64,000 nucleotides of DNA from Monoglobaceae bacterium (GTDB taxonomy: Bacteria; Bacillota; Clostridia; Monoglobales; Monoglobaceae), in the NCBI GenBank assembly GCA_045120135.1, contig JBGVEN010000017.1, forward strand, positions 12,278 to 76,277, written 5' to 3'. Each line of letters starts with the position of its first letter. Position 1 is the stretch's first letter. Below are positions 18,013 to 27,066 of the stretch, piece by piece. Made by a program: the position numbers and the translations under genes. Below the pieces are notes generated by a model, which saw nothing but the letters and a program-made list of their open reading frames with translations, was not told the DNA's origin and searched no databases.

Positions 18013-19119
18013 GTGAAAGAAGAAAAATGCAGGTACTGCGGAAAGGTGTTAACGAAAGAGGAACAATGCGAATTTGATGGAAAAGTTATGTGCAAGTCTT
18101 GTCTTGAAGAAATGACATCAATTTGCGCACATTGCGGTGAAAGATTGTGGAACGATGAAAACAGCGGCTCGGACAATTTTGTATTATGTCAAAGATGTTA
18201 TGATAATCATTATACCACTTGCGAACGGTGCGGACACATAATACACTATGATGCTGCGCTGTATTTTGATGATGAGGATTATCCATATTGCAGCAGCTGT
18301 TATGATGTTTTGGCAAAAAATGAGATAATACATGACTATAACTATAAGCCGGAACCAGTATTTTATGGTAAGGACGATATGTATTTAGGGGCAGAACTTG
18401 AAATTGACCGTGGTGGCGAAAGTTCTGATAATGCACAGAGGATTCTTGACATTGCAAACTCTCAGTCAGAGCACATGTACATAAAGCACGACGGAAGCAT
18501 AGAGGATGGATTTGAAATGGTTACACATCCAATGGGACTTGAATATCACAAATCTGAAATGCCCTGGCAAAAGATATTTGATAAAGCGCTTGACATGGGT
18601 TACCGCTCCCATAAAACTTCTACCTGCGGATTACATATTCATGTAAGCCGTGATGCATTAGGTCCTGACCATGATGCACAGGAAGAAACAATAGCAAGAA
18701 TAGTGTATTTTGTAGAAGCTCATTGGAATGAGCTTCTTAAATTTTCCAGACGGACAGAGGCAAATATAATGCGTTGGGCATCAAGATACGGTATCGCAGA
18801 GGATACAAAAGCTACATATGACAAAGCCAAGAAAGGCAGCTTTAACAGATATGTATGCGTGAACCTGCAAAACTACAATACGGTAGAATTCAGAATTTTC
18901 AGAGGCACACTCAAATATGAAACCTTTATGGCAACACTTCAGCTTGTGCATGAGATATGCGATAAAGCAATATCCGCAACAGATAAAGACTTTGAATCAA
19001 TGTGCTGGAGTGATTTTGTAAAAGGTATAAGTAAAGAGGACAAGCCTGAGCTTATCAATTACCTTAAATCAAAAGAACTCTATATCAATGAGCCAATAAC
19101 AGAAACGGAGGAGGTATAG
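18013..19119 (+). CDS. Amidoligase-family (glutamine synthetase-like COOH-NH2 ligase) protein with an N-terminal multi-CxxC zinc-ribbon region
   Basis: About 100 aa with eight CxxC pairs, then GAELEIDRGG...KHDGSIEDGFEMVTHP...CGLHIHVS, which is typical of the Amidoligase_2 family. Confidence 0.65.
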   Translation: MKEEKCRYCGKVLTKEEQCEFDGKVMCKSCLEEMTSICAHCGERLWNDENSGSDNFVLCQRCYDNHYTTCERCGHIIHYDAALYFDDEDYPYCSSCYDVLAKNEIIHDYNYKPEPVFYGKDDMYLGAELEIDRGGESSDNAQRILDIANSQSEHMYIKHDGSIEDGFEMVTHPMGLEYHKSEMPWQKIFDKALDMGYRSHKTSTCGLHIHVSRDALGPDHDAQEETIARIVYFVEAHWNELLKFSRRTEANIMRWASRYGIAEDTKATYDKAKKGSFNRYVCVNLQNYNTVEFRIFRGTLKYETFMATLQLVHEICDKAISATDKDFESMCWSDFVKGISKEDKPELINYLKSKELYINEPITETEEV

Positions 19120-19120
19120 T

Positions 19121-20035
19121 ATGTGTTGTTTGTTTGGAATATATAATTACAGCGGAAGTGAAATAAAAGGACTTGCAAAACTTACAAATTTTCTTGCAAG
19201 AGAAGCAACGACAAGGGGTATGGATGCAACAGGTATAGCATATAACCACAAAGGTAATTTGCTTATACATAAAGAACCCAAATCTGCATACAGCATTACA
19301 TTCAGACACCCTGAAGATGTAACGGCAATAATGGGACATACAAGGCATACAACCCAGGGTAATGAAAAGCATAACTTCAATAATCATCCTTTCCCGGGAA
19401 CTTGCAAAAATTTGAAATTTGCCCTTGCACATAACGGAATACTTATAAATGATAAATCGTTAAGACGGAATTTAAAACTGCCAAAGACCAAAATAGAAAC
19501 CGATAGTTTTATTGCGGTACAAATTCTTGAACACCAAAAGCAACTCAATGATGAAAGCATAAAGTACATGGCGGAAAAGGTGGATGGTAGCTTTTCATTT
19601 ACTATTCTTGATTCAAGTGACACCTTATGGTTTGTAAAAGGCGATAGTCCGCTGTCTATCATCCATTTCCCAAAGCAAAAGGTATATGTTTATGCATCAA
19701 CGGACGAGATTTTATACAAAGCACTTGTGGGAACGGAGTTCTTTAAGGAAATCAAAAACAGTGAATTTGAAGAGATAGACATACAAGAAGGTCAGATAAT
19801 GAATATATTACCTGACGGCACAATTGTAACGAGCAGATTTAATTACATAAACGACTACTATGGTGACTATTGTTGGTGGCGATACGGAAGCGGCATGTTA
19901 GGTGAGAGTACATACCTTGACGATTTAAAAAACATAGCTAAAGGTTATGGATATGATTCTGAAACAATAGATGAACTTTTAAATTCCGGTTTTACCACAG
20001 ATGAGATTGAGGAATATATTTATTGCTGTGAATAA
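19121..20035 (+). CDS. Class-II (Ntn) glutamine amidotransferase-like protein
   Basis: Starts MCCLFGIYNY (N-terminal nucleophile Cys). HTRHTTQG and NNHPF blocks are present. It starts 1 nt after the amidoligase stop. Confidence 0.7.
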   Translation: MCCLFGIYNYSGSEIKGLAKLTNFLAREATTRGMDATGIAYNHKGNLLIHKEPKSAYSITFRHPEDVTAIMGHTRHTTQGNEKHNFNNHPFPGTCKNLKFALAHNGILINDKSLRRNLKLPKTKIETDSFIAVQILEHQKQLNDESIKYMAEKVDGSFSFTILDSSDTLWFVKGDSPLSIIHFPKQKVYVYASTDEILYKALVGTEFFKEIKNSEFEEIDIQEGQIMNILPDGTIVTSRFNYINDYYGDYCWWRYGSGMLGESTYLDDLKNIAKGYGYDSETIDELLNSGFTTDEIEEYIYCCE

Positions 20036-20110
20036 ATGGAATTTTATAAGGAAGAATGCATTTTACTATACATTGCAAAAAGTATATAATCTAGACAGAT
20101 TTTTCTGGAG

Positions 20111-20371
20111 GTGATATTGATTGGCGTAAAAAATATCAATGCTTTAAATGAAGTGTATAGGGAAATGGTGGACCTCGTTGGCTATGACAATACCATGCTT
20201 ATTTATACACACTTTAAAGGGCAGCAGGTGACCTTTCCAATAAAGCTTTATAATTCGGAATACATAAAGAAACTACTAAAGGAGCAGTATGACGGAACAA
20301 ATGTTAAGGCTTTAGCGCGAAGGTACAATTATTCAGAACGGTGGATAAAAGAATTACTAAAGAAAGGGTAG
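20111..20371 (+). CDS. Mor-family / CD3324-like small transcriptional activator
   Basis: 86 aa; the C-terminal ALARRYNYSERWIKELLKK HTH and the upstream FKGQQVTFPIKL resemble Mor-like activators. Confidence 0.45.
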   Translation: MILIGVKNINALNEVYREMVDLVGYDNTMLIYTHFKGQQVTFPIKLYNSEYIKKLLKEQYDGTNVKALARRYNYSERWIKELLKKG

Positions 20372-20380
20372 AATTTAAAA

Positions 20381-20959
20381 ATGAAAGCATCAAAAAGAAT
20401 TATTATAGCAATAGTAGTTTCATTGATTGTATTTTTGCTTTATCAATGCACAAAGCAGGAGGAAAATGTAGAGCCTGCAAAAAGTCCGGCTGAAATTGTG
20501 ACATCAGCGGAATCTGTTTGTGATGCATTAAAGGGATTGGAAAAAGCAGGTGTTGAATTTGAAATGACAGAAACCGCTGAAAGGATGTTTAAGGAGCATC
20601 CGGGGTACTATGACGGAAGTGATTCTGAAAATTCCGTAATGGACAGAATGGATTTTGCGCTGGCTTATGATGAGGTTGCAAATAACCTTGAAGAAAATGG
20701 CGACAAACTTATCCTTCTCCCAAATGTTTCGGTAATTTCAATAAGCAGAAGCGAAACTGAAAATGGAATGACAATGGTTGAACTTCTGGATGATGATTGG
20801 AATTATTATTTGATGGTATCGGCAGATAGATTCGAGAATGTAGAAGAGGGCGAATACATTGGCGGCTTTTATACCCCTGCAGGTAAGATGACCTTTGTCA
20901 ATAAGCAGGGCGAGGTAAGCAAGGGTATAGTCGGAGCAACGGTGTTGCTTGGAGAATAA
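20381..20959 (+). CDS. Hypothetical membrane-anchored or lipoprotein-like protein
   Basis: N-terminal hydrophobic helix ending LYQC; acidic extracytoplasmic region; no recognisable motif. Confidence 0.4.
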   Translation: MKASKRIIIAIVVSLIVFLLYQCTKQEENVEPAKSPAEIVTSAESVCDALKGLEKAGVEFEMTETAERMFKEHPGYYDGSDSENSVMDRMDFALAYDEVANNLEENGDKLILLPNVSVISISRSETENGMTMVELLDDDWNYYLMVSADRFENVEEGEYIGGFYTPAGKMTFVNKQGEVSKGIVGATVLLGE

Positions 20960-20977
20960 CGAAGGAGGGAATTTGCA

Positions 20978-21148
20978 ATGAGTATCAAAATATGGTGCAT
21001 AATAGGAATGATTGTATCGGCGGTTGTGGGTTTTCTCAGAACAAGAGGTCGTGAGGGTGCAGGAAAAACTGCAATAATAATATTACATACAATAGCGTTT
21101 GTTATATTTCTCTTGGGAGCAATAGTATTAAACAATCAGGGAATGTAA
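20978..21148 (+). CDS. Small two-TM membrane protein (56 aa)
   Basis: ATG lies 8 nt after GAAGGAGGG. Two hydrophobic helices are separated by RTRGREGAGK. It is below the ORF-track length cut-off. Confidence 0.4.
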   Translation: MSIKIWCIIGMIVSAVVGFLRTRGREGAGKTAIIILHTIAFVIFLLGAIVLNNQGM

Positions 21149-21276
21149 TGAATAATAAGAACCAATAGGGTATACCCTGATGGGATGCTGGGGATGCGTT
21201 TCAATAAAGTCAAATTCGACTTTTTGGAACGCTCCTTTTATTTTTGTCACCCTATTGGGACGAAGGGAGGATTTTT

Positions 21277-21837
21277 ATGCGTATTGGTTATATAAGAGTA
21301 AGTACCGCAGAGCAAAACACAGCACGGCAGGAGGCTTTGATGCAGGAACTTGGTGTGGATGAGATATACATTGACAAAACAAGCGGAAAGAATAAGGAAA
21401 GACCGGAGCTTCAAAAGATGATTGATTATGTTCGCAGGGGTGATACGGTAATTGTGGCGTCAATCAGCCGTTTTGCAAGAAATACCAAAGATTTACTTGA
21501 GCTTATAGAAAAACTTTCTGAAAAGGAAGTTGAGTTTGTGTCAAAAAAAGAGGCAATAGATACATCAACGCCGACCGGGAAGTTCATGCTGACGGTTTTT
21601 GGTGCTGTTGCGGAGCTTGAAAGGGAATATATATTGTCACGGCAAAAAGAGGGAATAGAGATTGCTAAAGCGGACGGCAAATATAAAGGCAGAAAGCCCA
21701 AAGAGCTTTCTGCGGATTTTGAATTTGTAATAAAGAAATGGCAAAATGGTGAGATAACTGCAGTCAAAGCAATGAAAAGGCTTGGAGTAAGCAAAAGCAC
21801 ATTCTATAGATTGGTTAAGAAAAAAACGACCCCGTAA
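21277..21837 (+). CDS. Small serine recombinase (resolvase/invertase, Hin/Pin-like)
   Basis: MRIGYIRVSTAEQNTARQ catalytic N-terminus, VASISRFARN, and a C-terminal HTH (LGVSKSTFYRLVKK). ATG at 21277 follows GGGAGGA. Confidence 0.9.
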   Translation: MRIGYIRVSTAEQNTARQEALMQELGVDEIYIDKTSGKNKERPELQKMIDYVRRGDTVIVASISRFARNTKDLLELIEKLSEKEVEFVSKKEAIDTSTPTGKFMLTVFGAVAELEREYILSRQKEGIEIAKADGKYKGRKPKELSADFEFVIKKWQNGEITAVKAMKRLGVSKSTFYRLVKKKTTP

Positions 21838-22274
21838 CTCGTTTTCTGTGAAATGGACTTTTAGTAGTTGAAATCTTAAAAAGGTTTTAAGGTTGATATG
21901 TAATCATTTGCGAAAAGCTGATCGTGTTGACTAGAAACATTAAAAATGATAATATAATTACAAGGAAACGCTGACGAGCTTTTATAATTGTCGATTATAG
22001 GTGAGTATTTTTACCGAAAAATTTTCCAACCGCAAATTCTTATTGATTTTATCCCTTAAAAACCATAGTATTTTTAAAAATTAAAGCAGCATAAAAGGAT
22101 AAATAGTCAGAAGTGTTGTTTTATCCTTCGGGATATCCACCAGAAGAAGATAACCACAACAGGGCACTATGCTGAAAATGCATAAAACTATTGACGCGAG
22201 TATCAATAGGTGGTATAAGTCATATATAGAGAACTTAACAAAATAGTACATAACAACCCCCAAAGGATTTAACT

Positions 22275-22706
22275 ATGAGAGATAAAATTATTAGAATAAA
22301 CTGGAACAAGGCATTACTCCTTGAAGAAGCAATAGCGAGTGATTTATCAAACACTCAAGGATTATATTATATAAGCAGAGTTTTTGGAAATAAGGAAACA
22401 AGCTTATATTTAGGAATTGCAACACAACATAATACCATAAGAAACAGATTAAAAAACCACAGTGAACATTGGCTTAATCTATACAGAGGTAAGATTTATG
22501 TAAGATTAGGACACATTATATATCCCAGAAATCCCGACGCAAGTATAATTGACCATGCTGAGAGCGCTATTTTATATGAACAAAAGGAAGTGTTTTTTGA
22601 AAACACAAGCAAAACAAAAACCTATTCATATACAGATTTATACAGGATTGAAAATGAGGGGGATATTTTTGAGTTAAAGCCGAAGATTAGAATGCACGAA
22701 CAATGA
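22275..22706 (+). CDS. Hypothetical protein, possible GIY-YIG-like nuclease fold
   Basis: GLYYISRVFGNKETSLYLGIATQHNTIRNRLKNH resembles GIY-(10)-YIG...R spacing; weak. Confidence 0.3.
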   Translation: MRDKIIRINWNKALLLEEAIASDLSNTQGLYYISRVFGNKETSLYLGIATQHNTIRNRLKNHSEHWLNLYRGKIYVRLGHIIYPRNPDASIIDHAESAILYEQKEVFFENTSKTKTYSYTDLYRIENEGDIFELKPKIRMHEQ

Positions 22707-23062
22707 AAGGAGTACAGTATGGATAAGAATAATTGGAAGGATAAGCCGAACTCTCTTATAAATAGGTGGTTGAATGACCCAAATCCTGTTAGAGTATATG
22801 GTAAGGGAAATCCAAAAGGTAAAAAGATTGAAATTAAAGTAGTAGATAACATTGAAGAAATACTTAAAAAGAAATCTTAATTTTTGTAAAAATATGATGG
22901 CATAGTTTTGAACTTTGCCTGTTTTTTTATTTTCAAAAGTCGGTTTCTATACGAAATCTCAGCAATAAAATTACTCCACACAAAATAAAGTTATAGGAAA
23001 ACAAAAAAATATTGAGAAAGCTATTCAGATAATGTATAATGAGAAAACAGGAGGGATAGTCA

Positions 23063-23539
23063 ATGAGAGTACAGCTTTTACAGTGTAAAATGAAGGAAAA
23101 AGATTTTGACCCACAAATGCCGATTCAGGCGGTGGGAAAGGATGAAAATGGCGAAGAATATGATATTGAAATTATTGATGAGAAATTTGCTAAAGTATCA
23201 AATGTAATAGACAATTTTTTTGCAGGAGAAGTAGCCAAAGACAGTAAACGACTTGTTATATCTTTTGATAAGGAAGAAGTTTCAAAATCGTTGATTGCAA
23301 GAAGAATTGGAGAAAGTATTGCAGCATATATTGATATGCAGTACAAAACATCAACTTCAGTAAAGAGAAAGGACGATTATTTTGAAATAAATATTGGGAT
23401 ATATGCACGAAGTGTGATTGATGGTCAAACTTTTTCTGACGAAGACTTGGATAAGTTAAGAGAATATATTAATTATACGGTAATGGAATATAGAGTTGCC
23501 CCGATAACTTATATTGAAGAAGGGTATTTAGAGTATTAA
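23063..23539 (+). CDS. Hypothetical protein resembling a relaxase domain that lacks the HxH motif
   Basis: Size and layout are similar to 17173-17661 (LVISFDKEE vs HFIISFENWE; FEINIGIYARSVIDGQTF vs LHIHLVINSVSFIDGHRY), but the histidines are replaced. Confidence 0.35.
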   Translation: MRVQLLQCKMKEKDFDPQMPIQAVGKDENGEEYDIEIIDEKFAKVSNVIDNFFAGEVAKDSKRLVISFDKEEVSKSLIARRIGESIAAYIDMQYKTSTSVKRKDDYFEINIGIYARSVIDGQTFSDEDLDKLREYINYTVMEYRVAPITYIEEGYLEY

Positions 23540-23544
23540 TTTAA

Positions 23545-23583
23545 AAATAACTATTGTAGCATCCTACAATAGTTATTTTTTTA
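23545..23583 (+). terminator. Intrinsic terminator
   Basis: 14-bp stem aataactattgtag / ctacaatagttatt followed by a T-run. Confidence 0.75.
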
Positions 23584-23614
23584 TGTCGGCTAATGTGGCA
23601 GAATATTTTTAATA

Positions 23615-23642
23615 TTGACAAAATATTATAATATGTTATAAT
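23615..23642 (+). promoter_or_regulatory. Putative sigma-A promoter of the RHS operon
   Basis: TTGACA, 16 nt, TATAAT. Confidence 0.45.
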
Positions 23643-23796
23643 AAAAGACAATATAATACACAAACATAAAAAAATATACAACAAAATAATAACAGGGGGA
23701 GGCGGGAGTACCTGGAGTTGTTTGAGTTAAGTGCTAGCAGATGGGGATGCTGCAGAATAAATGCTTATCCAACTCCTAATTTGATATGCTTTGTGT

Positions 23797-23838
23797 GGGA
23801 ACATATATCGTGGTAGATTATGTTCCCCTTTTTGTTTT
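23797..23838 (+). terminator. Leader terminator/attenuator upstream of the first RHS-operon gene
   Basis: GGGAACATA-13 nt-TATGTTCCC followed by CTTTTTGTTTT, ending 29 nt before the 23867 start and downstream of the 23615 promoter. Confidence 0.55.
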
Positions 23839-23866
23839 AATCATATTTAGAAAGAAGTGAGCTTAT

Positions 23867-26161
23867 ATGAGGAAGATTGTTGGATTAATTGGCATTTTGA
23901 TACTAATTTTAGTATCAACGGTTGTATTTGCGGAAAATAATATATCCAGCACAGCAGTTGTCAATGGAGAACATATAACTATTACCGGACAGTTTGTAAA
24001 TATCACTAAGAGCATTCCGGTAACATTGAGAGTTGGCAGTTTAGAAAACATTTTATATGTTTGGCAAACCATGACTACGGAAGACGGAAGTTTTAGTTTT
24101 GGCTTTGAAATGCCTGACAATACCCCAAGCGGAGAGTATGAATATCGGGTTGCATCCGATTCTGCTGCTACGGGGTATACGGGAACTATTATATATAATT
24201 ATACGCAGCCTCAGCATCAAAATATAGAATGTGTTGCCAGCACAAACGGACAAGCTGTAAATATTACCGGTACAGTTTTGAATGCAAATCAATGTATTCC
24301 GGTAACGCTTGTAGTAGGGGATGCTGACCATGTATTTTATTTGTGGCAGACAAACACCGAGACGGACGGAAGTTTTGATTTTAACTTTGAAATGCCAGAT
24401 TCGGCATCAAGCGGGATTTATAGGTATCAGATAAGAGCTTTGAACCAGGAAGAATTATATGTAAGCTCGTTTAATTACATAACGGCAAGCAGAATAGTAT
24501 GCAAGGCGAAAATTGACGGATATGAAGTTAATATTTCTGGGACTGTTGTAAATGCAACCGAGTCAAACAATGTGTCTCTTACATTTGGTGATAGTGATAA
24601 ACCTATATATACGGCGGAGACAGCATGCGGTGAGGACGGAAAGTTTACATTTGTTTTTACTATGCCGAACGAGGTGCAGGACGGTGAGTATAGCTGGGTT
24701 ATAAATACGTATTTTGAAAATTTGTCGTATGGTGGGATAGTATCATATACAAGACCAACTTATCAAATAGGATGCGAGGTTTCAGTTGTTGAAGCAGCGG
24801 TAGATGTTTATGTTTACCTTGTAGGTGAACCGGAAATACCAGCGTTTTTTGAACTTGAAATGAGGAAAGACGGAGAAATAATACATACGGATACCAGCGC
24901 AGGCGGCATTTACGGAAATGGCACAAATATTTTATTTATGATGCCGGAGACAGCAGACAGCGGTGAATATGAGATGATTATTAAGGAAACTCTTAATAAT
25001 ACAGAGCCTTATTATGGTATATTGGATTATGTTAATCCCTATATTTCTTATATAGAATGTGAAGCAGAGGTCTATGGAAAGGTGGTAAACATATCAGGAC
25101 AAACAATTAATACCAAAAGTAATGCTCAAGTATCTATTGTTGTCAGTAAAAACGGAAATAGAGTATATACGCAAGATACATTAAGTGCGGATGACGGAAC
25201 ATTCAGCTTTAGCTTTACTATGCCGGATACCGCAACCTGGGGTAACTATACCTTTACTATTGATACCGATACGGAGATTGATACATATACGGGAAGTTTT
25301 TTGTATGAAGTGTATGTAGAACGGCAATTTGTAAATGGCAATGTTAATGTAACTTTAAAGAACTATGTTCCCACAATAAGTGGAACGATAAATTGTATAA
25401 AAGGAAAAACATTAATATTTTCAGTTCTTAATAAATCTGACAACACAGTTATTATTGAAGATACAATAACTTCTGCAAATGGAAATTACAGCTTGTTATA
25501 TACTCTGCCAAGTTTGATTACAGGAAAAGATTATACTGTGACGGTAAGTTGTACGGAAAATAATAGTACACTATTTAGTATAAGCGCCGAAATTAACTCA
25601 TCAATCATAATTATATCAGTCGATGGGGATATTCAGTTAGCGGATAATGTAAAGCTTGATGTGTGTGCCCAAACAGAAAATTCTGATATTATTAACAAAA
25701 GTACTAGCTTTACTGCAGATAAATCACTCTCGATAACAATCCCAAATCTTGTAGCTAATATGTCATGTGATATCAGTTTGCAGGGGTATGAGATGATGCC
25801 AAAAAAACTGGCAGTTGATTTGTTTACAAAACTTGAGAATTTTAAAATAGAATGGCTTTATACAGTAGAGGTTGAAAACTTTTATTCTGCAGGCGGAAAC
25901 TTATATTCATATATAAATGATTCAGAGTTAAAACTTTCTGATGATATAGAAGCTAAATTTATTGTAAGTCACGGTGATTATGTGTATTTTAGCAATATGC
26001 GTGAAAATGGAAGAATTTATCGATGTAAAAAAGATGGAAGTAGTCTACTTTTAGTTTCACAAGATAGTGCCTCATGGCTATATATTAAGGATGAAAAATT
26101 ATATTATAAGGATAACGGTAACAACCGTAAAGAAAAATATATAAATATATCCGCAGAATAA
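23867..26161 (+). CDS. Secreted protein with about seven tandem Ig-like/beta-sandwich repeats and a C-terminal beta-propeller-like (DUF5050-like) region
   Basis: Signal peptide (IGILILILVSTVVFA). Recurring ~95-aa unit (xVNITGTVxNA...IPVTLxVGD...YxWQTxTxxDGSFxFxFxMPDxAxSGxYxY). C-terminal HGDYVYFSNMRENGRIYRCKKDGS...KLYYKD. Confidence 0.6.
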   Translation: MRKIVGLIGILILILVSTVVFAENNISSTAVVNGEHITITGQFVNITKSIPVTLRVGSLENILYVWQTMTTEDGSFSFGFEMPDNTPSGEYEYRVASDSAATGYTGTIIYNYTQPQHQNIECVASTNGQAVNITGTVLNANQCIPVTLVVGDADHVFYLWQTNTETDGSFDFNFEMPDSASSGIYRYQIRALNQEELYVSSFNYITASRIVCKAKIDGYEVNISGTVVNATESNNVSLTFGDSDKPIYTAETACGEDGKFTFVFTMPNEVQDGEYSWVINTYFENLSYGGIVSYTRPTYQIGCEVSVVEAAVDVYVYLVGEPEIPAFFELEMRKDGEIIHTDTSAGGIYGNGTNILFMMPETADSGEYEMIIKETLNNTEPYYGILDYVNPYISYIECEAEVYGKVVNISGQTINTKSNAQVSIVVSKNGNRVYTQDTLSADDGTFSFSFTMPDTATWGNYTFTIDTDTEIDTYTGSFLYEVYVERQFVNGNVNVTLKNYVPTISGTINCIKGKTLIFSVLNKSDNTVIIEDTITSANGNYSLLYTLPSLITGKDYTVTVSCTENNSTLFSISAEINSSIIIISVDGDIQLADNVKLDVCAQTENSDIINKSTSFTADKSLSITIPNLVANMSCDISLQGYEMMPKKLAVDLFTKLENFKIEWLYTVEVENFYSAGGNLYSYINDSELKLSDDIEAKFIVSHGDYVYFSNMRENGRIYRCKKDGSSLLLVSQDSASWLYIKDEKLYYKDNGNNRKEKYINISAE
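23954..25562 (+). repeat. Intragenic tandem repeats of about 285 nt, diverged, encoding the Ig-like modules
   Basis: The periodicity is seen in the translation; the copies are diverged at the DNA level. Confidence 0.55.
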
Positions 26162-26181
26162 ACTGAGGGGATGAAGAATAA

Positions 26182-27066
26182 ATGAAAAAGAAAATAGTAA
26201 TTTTAGTATGTGTGATATCTATGGTTGCGACAGTGTGTGTTTTTGCTGCGTTACATATATCGGAAGAAGTAAAGTTCAACAAAATGAGCAAGTTTGACCA
26301 GATGGTTTACGTTATGAACGAAACCATAGAAAATAATTTTGATTTCAATAATGTGCTGATAAACTATAAATATTTTGAAGACGGCTTAAATGTCTCAGCT
26401 GATAATATGGATTATTTAGCGGACCTTATAATTGACGGATATAATGGACAGGATGTGTTAAAATGTGCGTCATTTTGGCTTGATACAAACGAGAGTGTAT
26501 CAATTGTAAAAGATATGTGTGATTGGAAGAAAAAAAACTCAGACCAAGTAGATGGCACAACCGATTTTTGGATAGAAAATGCTTTTAATGCCGTTACAAA
26601 TGATAAATGTGGTGTTTTAACCTTTGAGGATATTGAAAAGTATGAAAAGATGGGTATATCGGATGAGGATATTATGATAGCAAATCGCCTTTGCCGCAAA
26701 GGAGTGTATACCATACAGGAAATCCTTGCAAAACTTGAATCAGGGATTTCAATGGTAGATATAGCTATTGATATTGAAGGCAATGCCCCCATGACGGCAC
26801 ATACAGATGTTGAGGAGGTGCAAGTGTATTCAATTCGTGAAGCAAAATATCCTAAGGCAGAGGCGGACATGCTTTTTGAAAGCAGACAATTGGCAATGCT
26901 GAAAAAAACACCCAATCAAATATATTATGACACGACAGATGTTGAAACGGATATAGAGACAGAACTCGATCAGATAGTTGGAATGATTTCGGACTCAATA
27001 ATTGATGAGCTAAAGTCGGGAAATTATTTAAGAAGAAATGGAACAGAGGTGGAAGAAAATGAATAA
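26182..27066 (+). CDS. Hypothetical membrane-anchored protein (294 aa) between the repeat protein and the RHS gene
   Basis: N-terminal TM/signal helix. No recognisable motif. Its stop overlaps the RHS start region. Confidence 0.45.
   Translation: MKKKIVILVCVISMVATVCVFAALHISEEVKFNKMSKFDQMVYVMNETIENNFDFNNVLINYKYFEDGLNVSADNMDYLADLIIDGYNGQDVLKCASFWLDTNESVSIVKDMCDWKKKNSDQVDGTTDFWIENAFNAVTNDKCGVLTFEDIEKYEKMGISDEDIMIANRLCRKGVYTIQEILAKLESGISMVDIAIDIEGNAPMTAHTDVEEVQVYSIREAKYPKAEADMLFESRQLAMLKKTPNQIYYDTTDVETDIETELDQIVGMISDSIIDELKSGNYLRRNGTEVEENE

Noticed and set aside
22081-22263. 60-aa hydrophobic minus-strand ORF as a possible type I toxin
   Set aside because: No RBS, promoter or antisense RNA evidence could be seen. 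Hydrophobic ORFs arise easily in AT-rich DNA.
26412-26915. 167-aa minus-strand ORF
   Set aside because: It is antisense to the 294-aa operon gene, is Ser/Ile-rich, and lacks a start context.
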